The notes below the pieces were generated by a model, which worked only from the letters and a program-made list of their open reading frames with translations, had not been told where the DNA came from and ran no database searches. Of a DNA stretch of 64,000 nucleotides, positions 14,226 to 27,480 are shown in pieces (within the stretch, counting starts at the first letter, position 1; each line of letters opens with the position of its first letter). The stretch spans positions 29,946,001 to 30,010,000 of the forward strand of contig OZ024743.1 of NCBI GenBank assembly GCA_964016885.1. Reading direction: 5' to 3'. This DNA is from Eledone cirrhosa. Lineage: Eukaryota. The position numbers and the translations under genes were made by a program.

Positions 14226-15635
14226 GTCTTTCCATATAGTTACTATTAAATCTTATTTTAGTAATATCCCAGCTGATCCCAACATGAAGCATTACAAACA
14301 TGATAATTGTGTTTTCTTTTTCTCCAGACATAGCTTAACTAGCAGCTCTGTTCCGTTTTCCATTTCTTCTCTACGGCAATGGTTTGATGGGTATTCGATT
14401 CTTACTTCTAAAAGTGAACGAATGGAGTTTCTCTCCTCAGCTCGTGTGACATTGGAATACATTCTAAGGATTCGTTATTGAGTTGATTCTTTAGTTATTT
14501 ATTTCTGGTCGTGTGCTCACGTAGAATCTCCACAGCTGGAGAGCTAGAGGAGGGTAGCAAGAGAGATTAAGAGAGAGGTAGAGTAATGGAAAGAGAGAAT
14601 GAAAGAGGGACAGAGAGAAAGAGAGATGAGAGTGGGGAGATTGAGAGAGAAAGTACATATTGTTTAGCTCTTAAGTCAGTACTGATATGTCAGGTTATCA
14701 TTTCCTACTGGCAAAGAGACGGCAATATTCCTTGAATTGGAAATTTCCCTAAATTTCTCCCTTTTCTTTTTCGATTGTAAGTACATTCCTCCTAGTATTA
14801 TAGTGGGCAAGGAATTGAGTATCCATCAGATAAATTCAGTGGGCTGGCAGCTCTTTCTCGTAGATCGAATTTCTACGCATTTCTACGCAAAGAGATGAAG
14901 AAATGGAGAGAGGGGGAGGGGGGGGGGTAGGTAGTGAAAGAGAGAGAGAAAGAGAGAGAGAGAGATTGCATGAGATGGAATGAGACCAAGCATGTTTTTG
15001 TAGCTCCATACTTGATCGAATAAAAATAAAAAAGTCGAGCCATTGCTGTTCTAGCTTTTCTTTAAGGACATACTGTAATGTGGACTACATTTATGAAGTG
15101 TAAGTCGAATATATTAAGAAATAATGATTTCAAAGCAATATTGAAATACATAGATTTGTTTCTACTAATTTGTAATAGTTAAGCAGTTATGAAATGTTAT
15201 TATCAGTTTCGCCTACACGTGTCAGCTTAAGGGTTGAAACGAAAAGTGTTCATACGACAGCTTTGACAAGGAGTCCTTTAATCAGTCGATCATCTGTTGT
15301 ATTAATTCATTAAATTAAGAATTAGCAGTTGTACCTTTAACGTAAAAGCGGCCGACCATATGGCGTGTATTTCATAAAGCTATTATATCCAATTACTGGT
15401 ACAGTCCATATTCTTGACTTAAAACTTTTTCTAGTGAGCGAGCAATATTCGCAAGGATTCGATCGACACTGAGATAGGGTTAAAAATGAATAAGAGCATT
15501 CGAACGAACGGATATGATTGTGAAGTTCATTTCTTTGTCATTTGGCCAGATTACTCACACATCACAAACTAATAAATAAAAGAAGCTATTAATCTTAATT
15601 ATATAAACTCTGATATTAAAGTTATCTGTTAGATT

Positions 15636-15825
15636 AATTGTTTCTACTTTTGGTACAAGGCCAGCAATTACCCAGCATATTACTGGTTCTTTATTTTATC
15701 GACCCCGTAAGGATGAGAGGCAAAGTTGACCTTGGCGGGATTTGAAATCAGAATAGAAAGGGCCGTAACTCTATGCGTCAAAGCATGACGTCCGACCCTC
15801 TACCGATACTGCCAATCCACCGCCC
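15636..15825 (-). mobile_element. SINE inserted in the left inverted repeat of the PLE
   Basis: Full core; 19-bp TSD agttatct(g/c)ttagattaat at 15620-15638 and 15826-15844. Confidence 0.9.
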
Positions 15826-16169
15826 AGTTATCTCTTAGATTAATGACCGCTAATAAAAAATTATATTTCTTATTATAAGGTGTTACTTTAATGATGGTTT
15901 GTCAAGTCAATTTCATGAGGCACTGTTAATGTATGAGTCTTAGTAAGAATTCTGAGTAAGGTAATTAAAGACTATACACTAGTTTAGTTAGTATAAGTCT
16001 GCAATTTCAATGTAGGCTTAAGAGTCTAGAAATGTAAAGATATATCAGATGGATTCAGTATAATTATATGGTCATATGTCTACAGTGTTTAAATGGTATA
16101 ATCAGCAGTTCTGTAACCCAGAGTTTAGTCTCTAAGTGTGGAAGAATACAAAAAATACAACCGTTACAT

Positions 16170-18923
16170 ATGTCTCTCAAGTCTATACCTATACCTAGCA
16201 GAAAACTATACCTTAAACAAATCATAGCTGCTACAAATTCGTTTATATGTAGGGTAAGATGGAATGCCTACCACTTGGATAACGACACTGGTAATCTCCC
16301 TACACCTAAAGAAAGATACGGATTCAAGACATACCGGAACCCGCCACACAACACCTTCCTGGACTCCTTTGAAGAAGATTTACTCAATATGATCAGAATA
16401 TAGAATTTAAGAACAAACGCAGATGCAGTAATCCGTTTCTGACTTCCCTGGACTCTCTCATCACTAGGAACAAGAAGGACCCACACCTTTTCGTTGCCTC
16501 TGACAAAACTTAGAACCTATAAAAGCTGGATGTAAGCATATACAGACAATTCATTAATAAGGAATTAAACAAAAAGTACAAAAAACGTCCATTGGTACTT
16601 TAAATGACATTAATAAATTAGCCAAGGATATAGTTACTAGCTTAGATATAGATAAATACACTAACCCTTATGTACCTATGACACCTAAATTCTCTCTTAA
16701 GGATCACAAATATAATTTTAATGAAAGCCCCTCTATCAAACTATTATGCCCCTCCATTTCAGATATAGATAGGATTAGCAAATTGTTCCATGATAGAATA
16801 ATACCAGAACTTAATAGTAAGGCTAAGGTCTGTCTCTGTAACAACACCGACCAGGTCATTAAATGGTTCACTGAGCTACCTGGTAAGGCAGCTCTAAAAT
16901 TCATCCAGTTTGACATAGATAATTACTATGCTTCTATATTCCCCATACTCTAAAATAAGGCCCTTATCTTAGCTAGATCTAACACTAGTCTAGCTAAAAA
17001 ATAGATAGATGTAGTACTGGCTGCGCGGAGAATTATAATTCATTTCGAGGGTTCCCACTGGACCAGAACCAACCGTCCTTATAACTTTGTTAATAGGATG
17101 GGGTCTAGTGTCCTCGCACAAGCAACCGACCTGGTGGGCATTTACCTCCTGCACAGGCTTAGAGATGAGATCCCTCTGCTACAAGGAGGGGTATATAGGG
17201 ACAACGCCCTATTCACCGTAAGGAACCATAACCCCCGTAGGATAGAGAATCTTAACAAACTTATACACAAGTTCTCTGAATCGTACGGCCTCTCTGTAAC
17301 TAAATACCTAAATCACCATATAGTCAACTTCTTAGATGTTACCTTAGAATTAAGTACCGGTTTATACAGACCATACCATAAGTCCGGTGAGGTTCTATCT
17401 TATATCAATTATGCTTCTAACCACCCTAAACCTACGCTCAACTCCATAGAATCTCTAGGTTTTCTGCTAATGTGGACCTCTTCAATCAAACAGCGGATTA
17501 TTGTAATAGGGCATTAGCTGACTCAGGTTATAATCGTAACATGTCCTGTCTCCCCAATGCATGCTCTATAACCCCCCCCCCCCTTAGGAGACTAATGTTA
17601 TTGCGAGCCATACCTATAACCAACAACACTGAGGCCAAAATAGTGTAAAATAGTGTAGAAGGGATAATAGTACCAATAGTTGCGGCCCACATAATAACTA
17701 CAAAGGTAGCAGGACAGGTGTACTACCACACCTACACCGTAATAGTCCGGCTAATAGTAGCAACTACAGCCTACTTGAATTTTTCCCTGCTTGCAGGCTC
17801 AATAAATGTAATAGCCTATTACCTACACCTTCTAACCCGCTTAAGGCTAGTCGGAACCACCACACTGGGAAAGTCTGTGCACTCGGACATAATGCCAACA
17901 AAAGACACATTGTGCAGCAACTCATTAGACATGATGCCCTTAGTAACCCTAGAGCTACGCGTAACCGCCACCGTGATGTCCTGTGGTTCCATCCCCCTTA
18001 TTCTCGTGGCCTCTAATTTACCTAGAATCTTGTTCGAAGCCGTAGAGAAAAACTTCCCACCTAACCATAGATACAGAAAAATCCTCAATAAGAATAACGT
18101 AAACATATCCGTTTCCACTACATCCAACCTAGCTGACCTCATAGCAATAAGTAACTATAACAAGCTCACTACTATACGGCATCCTAGCAACGACAACTTT
18201 AGAGAATATGACAACTCTGGTAACCTTAGAAATTCTTTAGCCCCACATGATAACGTCGGTGGTCACCAGGACCGGCATCTTAGTATTGGCAGCGGTCCAC
18301 AAAATTGTACCACATTAGAAATTAATTGCCGCACCAGTAGTGTGACTGATGACGGGGTTAGTGACCTTAACAGCTCGAATAACCGTTGTAGAAGACGCTG
18401 TAGCATACGGTGTGTGCATAGTACTGCCCCACGTGGCCACAGCTATGGTAATGCCAACTAAAATAATAGTAGCCGTGTTGTTGATAATAATATTAATAAT
18501 ATTACGTTGGATACTAACACCCACCACCTTAGAGGCGACGGTTGTAAACACTGCAATTGTCGTGACCCTACAAATTGTCCACTCCGAGGCTACTGCATAA
18601 CTAAAAATGTTATCTATATACGTACTGTTACTAGTCAGAATAGTGTTAAGTATTACATAGGGGCCACTTCTGGGTCGTTCAAGACCAGATTTGGAACACA
18701 CCTCCACTCTGTTAGGAATAAGAAGCATATATACTCTAACTATATCCCCCAATTAAATGACTCTAACATTAGCTTCACCACTTATTGGGAAATTGTGTAC
18801 CAGGCAACACCATACAACTATAAGAAAAGCGGCCAGCTCTGTCTGATGGAACTGTACTATATAGTGCAAGCATCCTTGGACCTCATTAATAGTCGAGCCG
18901 AATTTGTCATCAAATGCGACTAG
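16170..18923 (+). pseudogene. PLE polyprotein: reverse transcriptase plus C-terminal GIY-YIG endonuclease
   Basis: SLKSIPIPS..RVRWNAY, YGFK, FIQFDIDNYYASI, MGS..AQATDLVG, GVYRDN, VNFLDVTL, SNHP, CNCRDPTNCPLRGYC..NVIY..YYIGATSGSFKTRFGTH; several stops and frameshifts. Confidence 0.92.
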
Positions 18924-19588
18924 AGACTACAATAGTCCTTCTGTAGATGGACCCGGGATAATACTCAAACACCATAGCACCTGGGGCCTCCAACACTGCG
19001 CCCTGGCTCGACCTAAAACGGTGGACTTAAAATTAAACATCTTTCAACAATACTATCATCATACCACCGTCGTCCCCCCAGGGAGCTGCACTACATATTT
19101 TCAGACGAAACTACCCCTTTGTATTCTTCCACACTGATAGACTAAACTCTGTGTAATATTACAGAACTGCTGATTATACCCTTTAAACACTGTAGACATA
19201 TGATCATAAAATTAAACTGAATCCATCTTATATGTCTTTACATTTCTAGACTCTTAAGTCTACATTGAAATTGCAGCTTATACTAACTAAACTAGTGTAT
19301 ATTCATTAATTACCTTACTCAGAATTGTAACTAAGACTCATACCTTAACAGTGCCTCATTAAATTGACTTGACAAACCATAATTAAATTAACACCTTATA
19401 ACAAGAAATATGATTTTTTTTATTAGCGGTCATTAATCTAACAGATAACTTTAATATGCACCGGGATTACTTCCCTTAGTACACAAGGATCTCCACTCCA
19501 TTTTGTAACACGAAGTAATGCATTTCGATGTTAAAATGTTGCTTATACCCTTGCAGGGTTCCTTATTAATTTATTTGCCTATTTAACT

Positions 19589-19627
19589 GCCTCAGACGAG
19601 CTCCATTAGGCGAAACATATGTAAGAT
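19589..19627 (+). ncRNA. Minimal hammerhead-like motif (U4A substitution)
   Basis: ct-CAGACGA-gc tccattag gc-GAAA-CATATG-TA-ag; palindromic stem III. Confidence 0.65.
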
Positions 19628-19693
19628 ATTTTTTATAAACGTGTTTTAACGGCTTGCTTCTCTTTCATGAATATTTCGATTATACACACACAC

Positions 19694-19726
<33 letters not shown>

Positions 19727-19728
19727 TA

Positions 19729-19807
<79 letters not shown>

Positions 19808-19974
19808 AGGGAGAAAGAGACGATTATTAGGAAGACAAATATATTTTTTCCTTATTTGTTTCTCTCTCTTTTCTGGGTTAGAAAATGATTATAACGAAAT
19901 GTTTTACTTTGTGTGAAGTGTTAAGTTATTAGTCGATTTATTTATTATTTAACAATGGCATTTATTTATGTATA

Positions 19975-20562
19975 TATATAAACAAATAGTAAACGGAAAA
20001 CATAGATTAGAAAAGGCTGGAGGGATTATTTCAGTATAATATCAACACATGTATTTATAAAGTCGGGATTTCCGCATTTAGTCGTGTACCGGTTACAGCT
20101 GTATATGCTTTTTCAATGACCCCAGACTATAGTGCAGTTAAATTGCATATTTATACGAATAATAATAAAATGGAGAAAATAAATTTATTTGTACATACAT
20201 ATTTAGAGAGGAAAGTTCACATATTCGTCCGAAGTCCAACAGTCGAAGCCAACAATTTAAACTACTACCACCACTGTTGGGCAACACTAACAGAAAACTT
20301 CGTAAAAAAATATGAATTTTCCACTCTAAATATGTATATAAACACTAAAATTTGTTTTCTCTATTTTATTATTATTCGTATACATATATGATGTAACTGC
20401 ACTATACACTTCCGTCGTTGAAAAAGCATATAAAGCTGAAACCGGTATACGATTAAACGCGGAAATCCATACTTTATAAATAAATGTTTGATAGTATACT
20501 GAAAAACACCCTCCAGCATTGTTTACTGTAATTTTTTCCTTTTTACAATTTGGTTGTATATA
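19975..20562. repeat. About 590-bp imperfect palindrome with a hammerhead-like motif in each arm
   Basis: Arms 19975-20254 and 20275-20562; TTGAAAA-agc atataaa gct-GAAA-CCGG-TA at 20418-20447, mirrored at ~20077-20116. Confidence 0.85.
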
Positions 20563-20659
20563 TCAACTCGTGTGTCACTTTTCAACACTCCACACACACA
20601 CATACATACACACACACGCACACACGAATACACACAGAGTTACACACACACACACACTC

Positions 20660-20690
<31 letters not shown>

Positions 20691-20705
20691 TATATATATA
20701 TATAG

Positions 20706-20775
<70 letters not shown>

Positions 20776-20949
20776 TTCAAAAGTAACCAATCTTAAAGAG
20801 AGAGATGGAGATAGTAGAGGAGATATGAGAGGAGAGATTGGTGAGTTAGTTAGAAGCCAAAGCGTAAAGGCATGTTCTCAATGTGCAATATGCAGTAGAA
20901 AGCAGCTAGGTGGCTGGCTTCATGCAGAAGTTAGGTGCGCAGAGCTGGA

Positions 20950-21517
20950 AATATTCATTAGTTAAGCAAAACAAGGCCACAAACTTCACAAGGAAGACAT
21001 TATTAAAAGATTGTCAACATATTTTAGTTTGATGTAAGGAATGTAGAGAATAATAATAATAATATTAATAATAATAATTTCCGTTTACAATTGTTTCGCT
21101 TCTCCATATAATATTTCTGGACCAGATGACTATATATCATAATTGATCTGGTTCAGTTGAAAATAATAAACATATTTAAAAAAAAACAGAGTGGATCATC
21201 GGAACTCAAAGGAATATAAATTAAAATAATGTTACATAATATAATGTTCCATATATTAGTTTTTACTATGGTGTCTTGGTTGCATCAGCTGTCAGCCATA
21301 ATCAAGCAGTATTCATCTGTCGAGGCTGCATTGTGTGAGATCTGCCTATGGGTTACCCATAGTCATCTGATCCAGAAATATTATATGGAGTAGCGAAACA
21401 TTCTAAACGGACATTATTATTATTATTATTCTCTACATTCCTTACGTCAAACTAAAATATGTTGACAATCTTTTAATAATGTCTTCCTTGTGAAGTTTCT
21501 GGTCTTGTTTTGCTTAA
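20950..21517 (-). mobile_element. Truncated copy of the PLE2 3' end with an inverted 5' segment
   Basis: 20950-21350 is a direct repeat of 21528-21930; 21358-21517 is the reverse complement of 20961-21133. Confidence 0.85.
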
Positions 21518-21527
21518 ATATATATAT

Positions 21528-21624
21528 ATATTCATTAGTTAAACAAAACAAGACCACAAATTTCACAAGGAAGACATTATTAAAAGATTGTCAACGTATT
21601 TAGTTTGATGTAAGGAATGTAGAG

Positions 21625-21657
<33 letters not shown>

Positions 21658-23945
21658 GCCCGTTTACAATTGTTTCGCCACTCCGTATAATATTTCTGGA
21701 TCAGATGACTATGTATCATAATTGATCTGGTTCAGTTGAAAATAATTAACATATTTAAAAACACAGAGTGGCTCATCGGAACTCAAAGGAATATAAATTA
21801 AAATAATGTTACATAATATAATGTTCCATATATTAGTTTTTACTATTGTGCCTTTGTTTCATCAGCTGTCAGCCATAATCAAGCAATACTCATCTGTCGA
21901 GGCTGCATTGTGTGAGATCTGCCTATGTGTAACAAGATGGCTGCCAAAGGGCATATTTACCTTACTAATTAGAGGGTGGTTTCAGGGGAAGTAACTTCTC
22001 AAGAGATTAGAGATTGTGTGTATTTTATAGTTATGTGCTAGTATTTAAATCATTTAATTGAGAGACAATGTAGAGGAGGTAACTTATAATTATCGAGTTG
22101 TTCATAGCAATTTAACTTATTAGCTACAATTAGAGATGGGGCTACATGACTAAGTTGGGTCAAAAACACTATTGGCGAAGGAATTAGCCCTTCGATGTTG
22201 ACAGCTAATGGTTACCTCCGTTCTATCGTTAATTGGTAGAGGTCTTGATAGAGTTATGTAATATGCTTCCGTAACACAGAGATCACAAGATTTCCTTCGT
22301 CCATTGAACGGTTGGGCCCTAGCTACGATATCCCATGAACTTTCTTTAAGTTAAGGTTTTTAATGAGCCTAGCTAGCGATGTCGAACATCTGTTGTTAGA
22401 GTCTCGAAGGAAAAAAGTGCGCGTTATAGCGTACCTTAAAAGGGTTAGAGGTAGACCCGATATAAGAGCTGGTATTCGAAGCAGTCTCAACTGTGCACCT
22501 ATAGACTATGTTGGGTGTCAGGCAGTGTCCATTTAATGGGCATGCATTGGGGTACCGGCAGTTGCAGTTGCTTCTGCGGTTAGTGATAGTAGGGTTATTT
22601 AACCTAAGCAGTTGGTCCGTGCTAGAAGGATTAGATGGGGAGGTGTGCTACTAGAGTAATTATTGGTGTAGTGGCGTGGTGTATTTGATAAGGGTGGTGG
22701 TACCGCGGTGTGGGAGTTATAGTGTCTTAGCTTATGATGGTTACTGAACGCGATGTGGCTAGCTAGGTTAGGTGTAGTGGAGAATGAGATTTTAATGTTA
22801 TTTTTATTAAAGAGTTTGTAATATCTATGGTTAGGGGGGAAGTGTTTGGATAGGATAGAGAAGAAGCGATTGGGGATATTAGTGGCTAGATTAGATGAGA
22901 ATGGTGGGTTAAGCCAGGTGATATTTCTAGGCCTATTCCTTCTAGGGGTTCTAGTGGAGTTGGTAGGGACCTTCCTATGGTTATTATTACCTGGGGGTTT
23001 GTTATTTGTCATCCCATTTCTCATTCCTATTCTAGGGTTGATTCTAAGTTTGCTACTAGGAGTGGCGAGCAGGCCGCTGCCACCATTAAAGTTACCTGTA
23101 TAGGTGCTGTTACTGCTAAAATTCCGACGTATCTGGATATATGCTAAGGTATTTCTAGTTCTAGTGTCAAGTTTATTATGGTGAGTTGCTGTGTTATGGC
23201 ATTTAGGTATGTAATAAATTGATTGTTTATAACCAGATTCAGAGAGAGCCTTATTATAATATTGTGCGTGGTTTATAAATATCTCTTCATTTGCTGATAG
23301 CATTGAGATCCTATAGGAGATAGATTTGATTACTGCTCTGATGACTGCCGGTGGGTGGTTAGAGTGTGGGCTAATATATGTGAGTATTTCGCCTATTTTA
23401 TGGTAAGGGTTATAAAGGTTATTGTTGAGATCAAGGGTGACGTCTAGGAAGTTTACTACTTTATGGTTCAGCTCGATGGTGATATAGAGACCGTTATTTT
23501 TGAAGAATCTATGAAATTGTTTCTTAAGCAAATCGATTCCCCGATTAGTGCAATTGTGGACTGCAAATAGGGCGTCGTCCCTGTATATTCTACCTTGCAT
23601 GGGTTGGATTTCGGCTCTGATGTTACGTAATAGGTAAATCCCAACTAAATCTGTGACTTGCGCGGAGTCACTTGATCCCATCGTAATGTCAAAGTTATAT
23701 GTTCTATCTTTTCTAGTCCAGAGTGCTCCGTTGAATTCAATGATAGTCTGCCTAGCCATGAGTATGATGTTAATCTCATTATTGGTTATGTCCGAGTTGG
23801 TGGTTGCTAGGGCTAGTGCTTTGTTGAGCAGTTCCGGGGTTATTGACGCATAATAGCTGTCTATATCAAATTGGATGAACCTCATAGATTGCTTGGACCT
23901 TAGATCAGAGAACCATCTGATGACTTGGTCGGTGTTGGACCACAA
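21528..23945 (-). mobile_element. Penelope-like element 2 (5'-truncated) ending in (TA)n
   Basis: ORF 22599..24002: FIQFDIDSYYASI, MGSSDSAQVTDLVG, IYRDD, VNFLDVTL, WLNPP; frameshifted CNCRYPNACPLNGHC..NIVY..YIGSTSNPFKVRYNAH at 22395-22570. Confidence 0.92.
21661..21783 (-). ncRNA. Hammerhead-like motif with enlarged stem II
   Basis: gtt-CCGATGA-gccactctgt..(~80 nt)..acggagtggc-GAAA-CAATTG-TA-aac. Confidence 0.7.
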
Positions 23946-23949
23946 CTTG

Positions 23950-24460
23950 TAGGTGGTATCATCCCACCACTCTGACCCCTCCCATTCCACACGCACGCAC
24001 ACACCGATCTACGCCCCACCCCACACACACACCTTTTCCTGAACATGGAACCTCGTTCTTCCCCCAACACTCACATTCACATACACACGCTTACACACAC
24101 GAACACCTACACACATACACAAACACCACCTTCAGCCCTCCCCGATCGGACCCCCTCCTCCCTCTCCCTACTCCACCCGCCACCATCGCTACACGCCCCA
24201 CAACCTTCCACCACTTGTTTATCTTTATGTTTATTTTTATTTTTATTTGTACCCCTTCCACCGTTTTACTCCCCCCTTTTTTTCTAAATGTCTCTCCACC
24301 ACTCCCCCACATACCCTCGGAACTCTCTTCCCACCCACTTTTATCCTGAAGAAGGGCTTATGCCCGAAGCGTCGTCTCCCCTCTCAAGAGCGTGAAACTA
24401 ATAAATCATTGTTTGTACTGCCTCGCTGTTTTCGTTCCCGTTCCAGTTTTCTCTCTCTCT
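23950..24460 (+). mobile_element. PLE-type 3' UTR/pseudo-LTR segment, opposite in orientation to PLE2
   Basis: C-rich UTR, hammerhead motif, AATAAA at 24400, ends in (CT)n(TA)n. Confidence 0.6.
24344..24376 (+). ncRNA. Minimal hammerhead-like motif
   Basis: CTGAAGA-a-gggc ttat gccc-GAAG-cg-TC; GAAG replaces GAAA and stem I is weak. Confidence 0.65.
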
Positions 24461-24681
24461 CTATATATATATATATCATGTTTAATAGAGAAATAGCTTC
24501 TAACGGACTAGAACTGTTTCATGTAAAAGAAATGTTCAGCAAATCTGACTGTCCTTGTAAAACCTGTACTTATATGTTTTCTGATGGTTGGGGAAGGTGG
24601 TTATTTTGCGGATGGGTGGAGATTATTGGCCAAGTGATTTTAACGAACAGGGACTCATTGAAAAATGTATTTTTAGATATA

Positions 24682-25189
24682 TCTATATTAATAAAGCTGA
24701 AGGCCGTATGTATGTCACAAACTTTGGCAAAACGGCTGGACCAAACAGCACCAAATTCGCACCATAGATGTAACTTTTTCCAATAAAGAAAGCGAGGGTA
24801 TTTTTGTTTACTAAATTTCGTTATTATTGATTAAATATATTTTGTTTATCTAAAGATTCACTTCTTTAAAATTTGCAAATGTCAACACTTCCGGTTAGCG
24901 ATCGCTTAAATAAACATTCATATATTTTGCAGTTTATATATAATATCGACTATCTTTTCAATGTATCATAGATTAATTTTCTTTGTATATTCTCAATCTC
25001 TCTATATATTAATAAATGTGACTACATTACTGGTACTTTATTATATATAATATATATAATACGACATTCCTCTCTCTTTCTTACTCTGTTTCTTTAGTTA
25101 GATACATAGCTATAACGTCACGCGCTTATAATATATGTCTGTTTGTCTGCCTGTCTGCATTGACTTCGCTTCTAACCAACTTTTAATTC

Positions 25190-25247
<58 letters not shown>

Positions 25248-25553
25248 CGAAGGAAATGTGGTAAGGAACCAGGTGGACCATAACGTACCAAAGTACTCAA
25301 TACTTGAGGTAGTAGAGTGGGTAATAGGAACCAGTTAGAACCCGACAGCTGAGCTCAAGCCGTTTCGACGGCTAATTCTGGACTAGTCCAGAATTAGCCG
25401 TCGAAACGGCTTGAGCTCAGCTGTCGGGGTCTTACTGGTTCCTATATATATATATATATATAATTACCTATTCGTGTACATATTTTCAACAGTAATACTA
25501 TACAACACAGACGGATTATCGCCTGTTTATCCAAGCGAAGCTAGGTACGTTAG

Positions 25554-25593
<40 letters not shown>

Positions 25594-25648
25594 GGATGCC
25601 GTAGAACACGCCAATCGTAGCCGGGTGCCAGCCGGACCGTCCAGCTAG
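24682..25648 (+). mobile_element. Non-autonomous Helitron-like element (possibly two nested)
   Basis: A|TCTATATTAATAAAG start; 3' hairpin ccgg gtgccag ccgg then CTAG|T; second start-like motif at ~25001 and second end-like motif at 25531-25556. Confidence 0.55.
25243..25444 (-). repeat. Hairpin-plus-tail element: 120-bp near-perfect loopless palindrome
   Basis: 25325-25444 is self-complementary about gactagtc; flanked by (TA)n; relatives at 34507-34595 and 35066-35269. Confidence 0.9.
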
Positions 25649-25729
25649 TACACAATAATAATAGGAGAGATAAAAGACAAAGTTCACATTCATACTCCCG
25701 TAGCTCCTCCCACCCCTACACATATACAC

Positions 25730-26340
25730 ATGGTGATCTCATTGTCTTGGTTGAGGCATGTGTCAAGGTGTTTCTGAACGATGCAGCTCTCATATGATTC
25801 GTATGTGCAACATTCGGACGGTACTTCCGATGTATGAGGTGCCCCCTCGTCTACATGTTACTTTCAAAATTACATAAGCTCTTAGGCACACTTCCGCATA
25901 CGTTATAGGAATGTTACGAAGCGTGCATAGATCGTTGTAAGCAGGTCGAGTCGTCTAGTGTAGTCTCCTTAAAAAGACTACTCTACAAACATATGCTTTC
26001 ACCAGTACTTCTGTCAATGCTAAATGTAGTTACTTAATTTTCCACCCTGAAAAACCACTCTAATCTCCTCCCATCTGCCATGAGCAACGCTGAACTAACT
26101 AGACTTAATCACTCTAACTCTTACATTTTACAGAAGCATTTTCCCTCAATCTTTCTCGGTTCCAGGTCACTAACCTAAGAAATTTGCCTTCGAAAAGTGT
26201 AACATACCTTCCATCAAAAAGATGAAGAGGATTCTGCATCGTCGAGCAAAACATCTGCACACAGTTGGGAATCGAACAATTGAGCAGCTTCGTTAAATTA
26301 CCTCTACACTTCTTGTACTAAAATTCTAGACACTTGTAAA
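25730..26340 (-). mobile_element. Decayed PLE fragment of a different family (GIY-YIG domain)
   Basis: Minus strand CLRAYVILKVTCRRGGTSYIGSTVRMLHIRI at ~25790-25890; upstream extent uncertain. Confidence 0.65.
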
Positions 26341-26914
26341 TGTGTTATATCAATAAATGATTTATTTATGATTAATTCCATAGTTTAAAGTTCATATCTA
26401 CAAAGAGGACCGAACAATAGCTACTTTAAAATGAATTGATAATATTAATTTTGCTTGATTGAAGTATTTTCATTGTATTAATGACATATAATTAAACGAT
26501 ATTTAACTATATACATCAATGAAACATAGATTTCAAAGATATTAATTTAACGTTTGATCCATGAAAAATGTCTTTCGTAGTTTTAATTTTTAACTCTATG
26601 AATAAGATTGGAAGTATTATTATTGAAATCAAGTTACAATGAAGTATGAACAACATTTACTTTTAGTAGAAAATTAATATTATGATTTAAAGAATTTAAT
26701 TTGTAGAAAAGATACATAGTCAAACATTTGTATTACTGTTGCTCATTACATCAAACCGATCATTGATACAAATCAAACTCAATATAATGTATTCAGCCTG
26801 TCGAAATACTGTCGAACTACTTCCATGCCATTGATCTCGACGTTTTCTGAATATAAATTTATTTGAGTGGCACCGATTCATAAATGTATTTATGTATGGA
26901 CCTGTATCATTTGA

Positions 26915-27212
26915 AGGGGTCGTAGGTGCACCATATCGATATATGGCGTTTCTAGGGCATTTAAAACCTCGCAAAGCCCATCCCATCGCCAGGTCTGAAT
27001 ACAGCAGATTTCCTTCAGAGAAGGATAGAGTGAGAGAAAAACAGTGAGAAAGAGATATAGAGGAATAATCGGCCCCAGTACTAGACTGGTACTTATTTTA
27101 TCGACCTCGAAAGAATGAAAGGTAATGTTGACATCGGCGGAATTTGAACTCGGAGAGCAGAAACAAATACCACAAAGCATTCTATCTGATATCGTAACCA
27201 CTCTGCCGCCGT
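26915..27212 (-). mobile_element. SINE, long-tail subfamily
   Basis: Core, B-box and tail shared with 13975-14225. Confidence 0.75.
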
Positions 27213-27279
27213 TCATACATTAAATCGTTGCGTTGCAATGCTTGTATATATTTTTAATTATTTTCTCTTGGACTACGGA

Positions 27280-27480
27280 TAGTGGATTGACTCAATCGTT
27301 AGAGCGTTACACGAAATACTTTGCAGTACTTGTTACAACCGCTTCAAATTCTGACAATAATACACTTGTCATTTATCCATCCAGTTGTCAATAAATGAAA
27401 GTACCAATGAAGTACTGAGATCAATGAAATCGATTCTCCCTCAAAATTGCTGACCGCACGTCTAAATTAGAAATCATTAT
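27280..27480 (+). mobile_element. Old diverged SINE
   Basis: ttcaaattc, tgtcaataaatgaaagtacca, aattgctgacc..tctaaattagaaa. Confidence 0.6.

Larger units (their letters stand above)
15614..19680 (+). mobile_element. Penelope-like element 1 (near full length, pseudogenised) with inverted 5' copy of its 3' region
   Basis: RT and GIY-YIG remnants; 15614-16131 is the reverse complement of 19138-19457; hammerhead-like motif at 19590; ends in a (CA)/(TA) tract. Confidence 0.9.
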
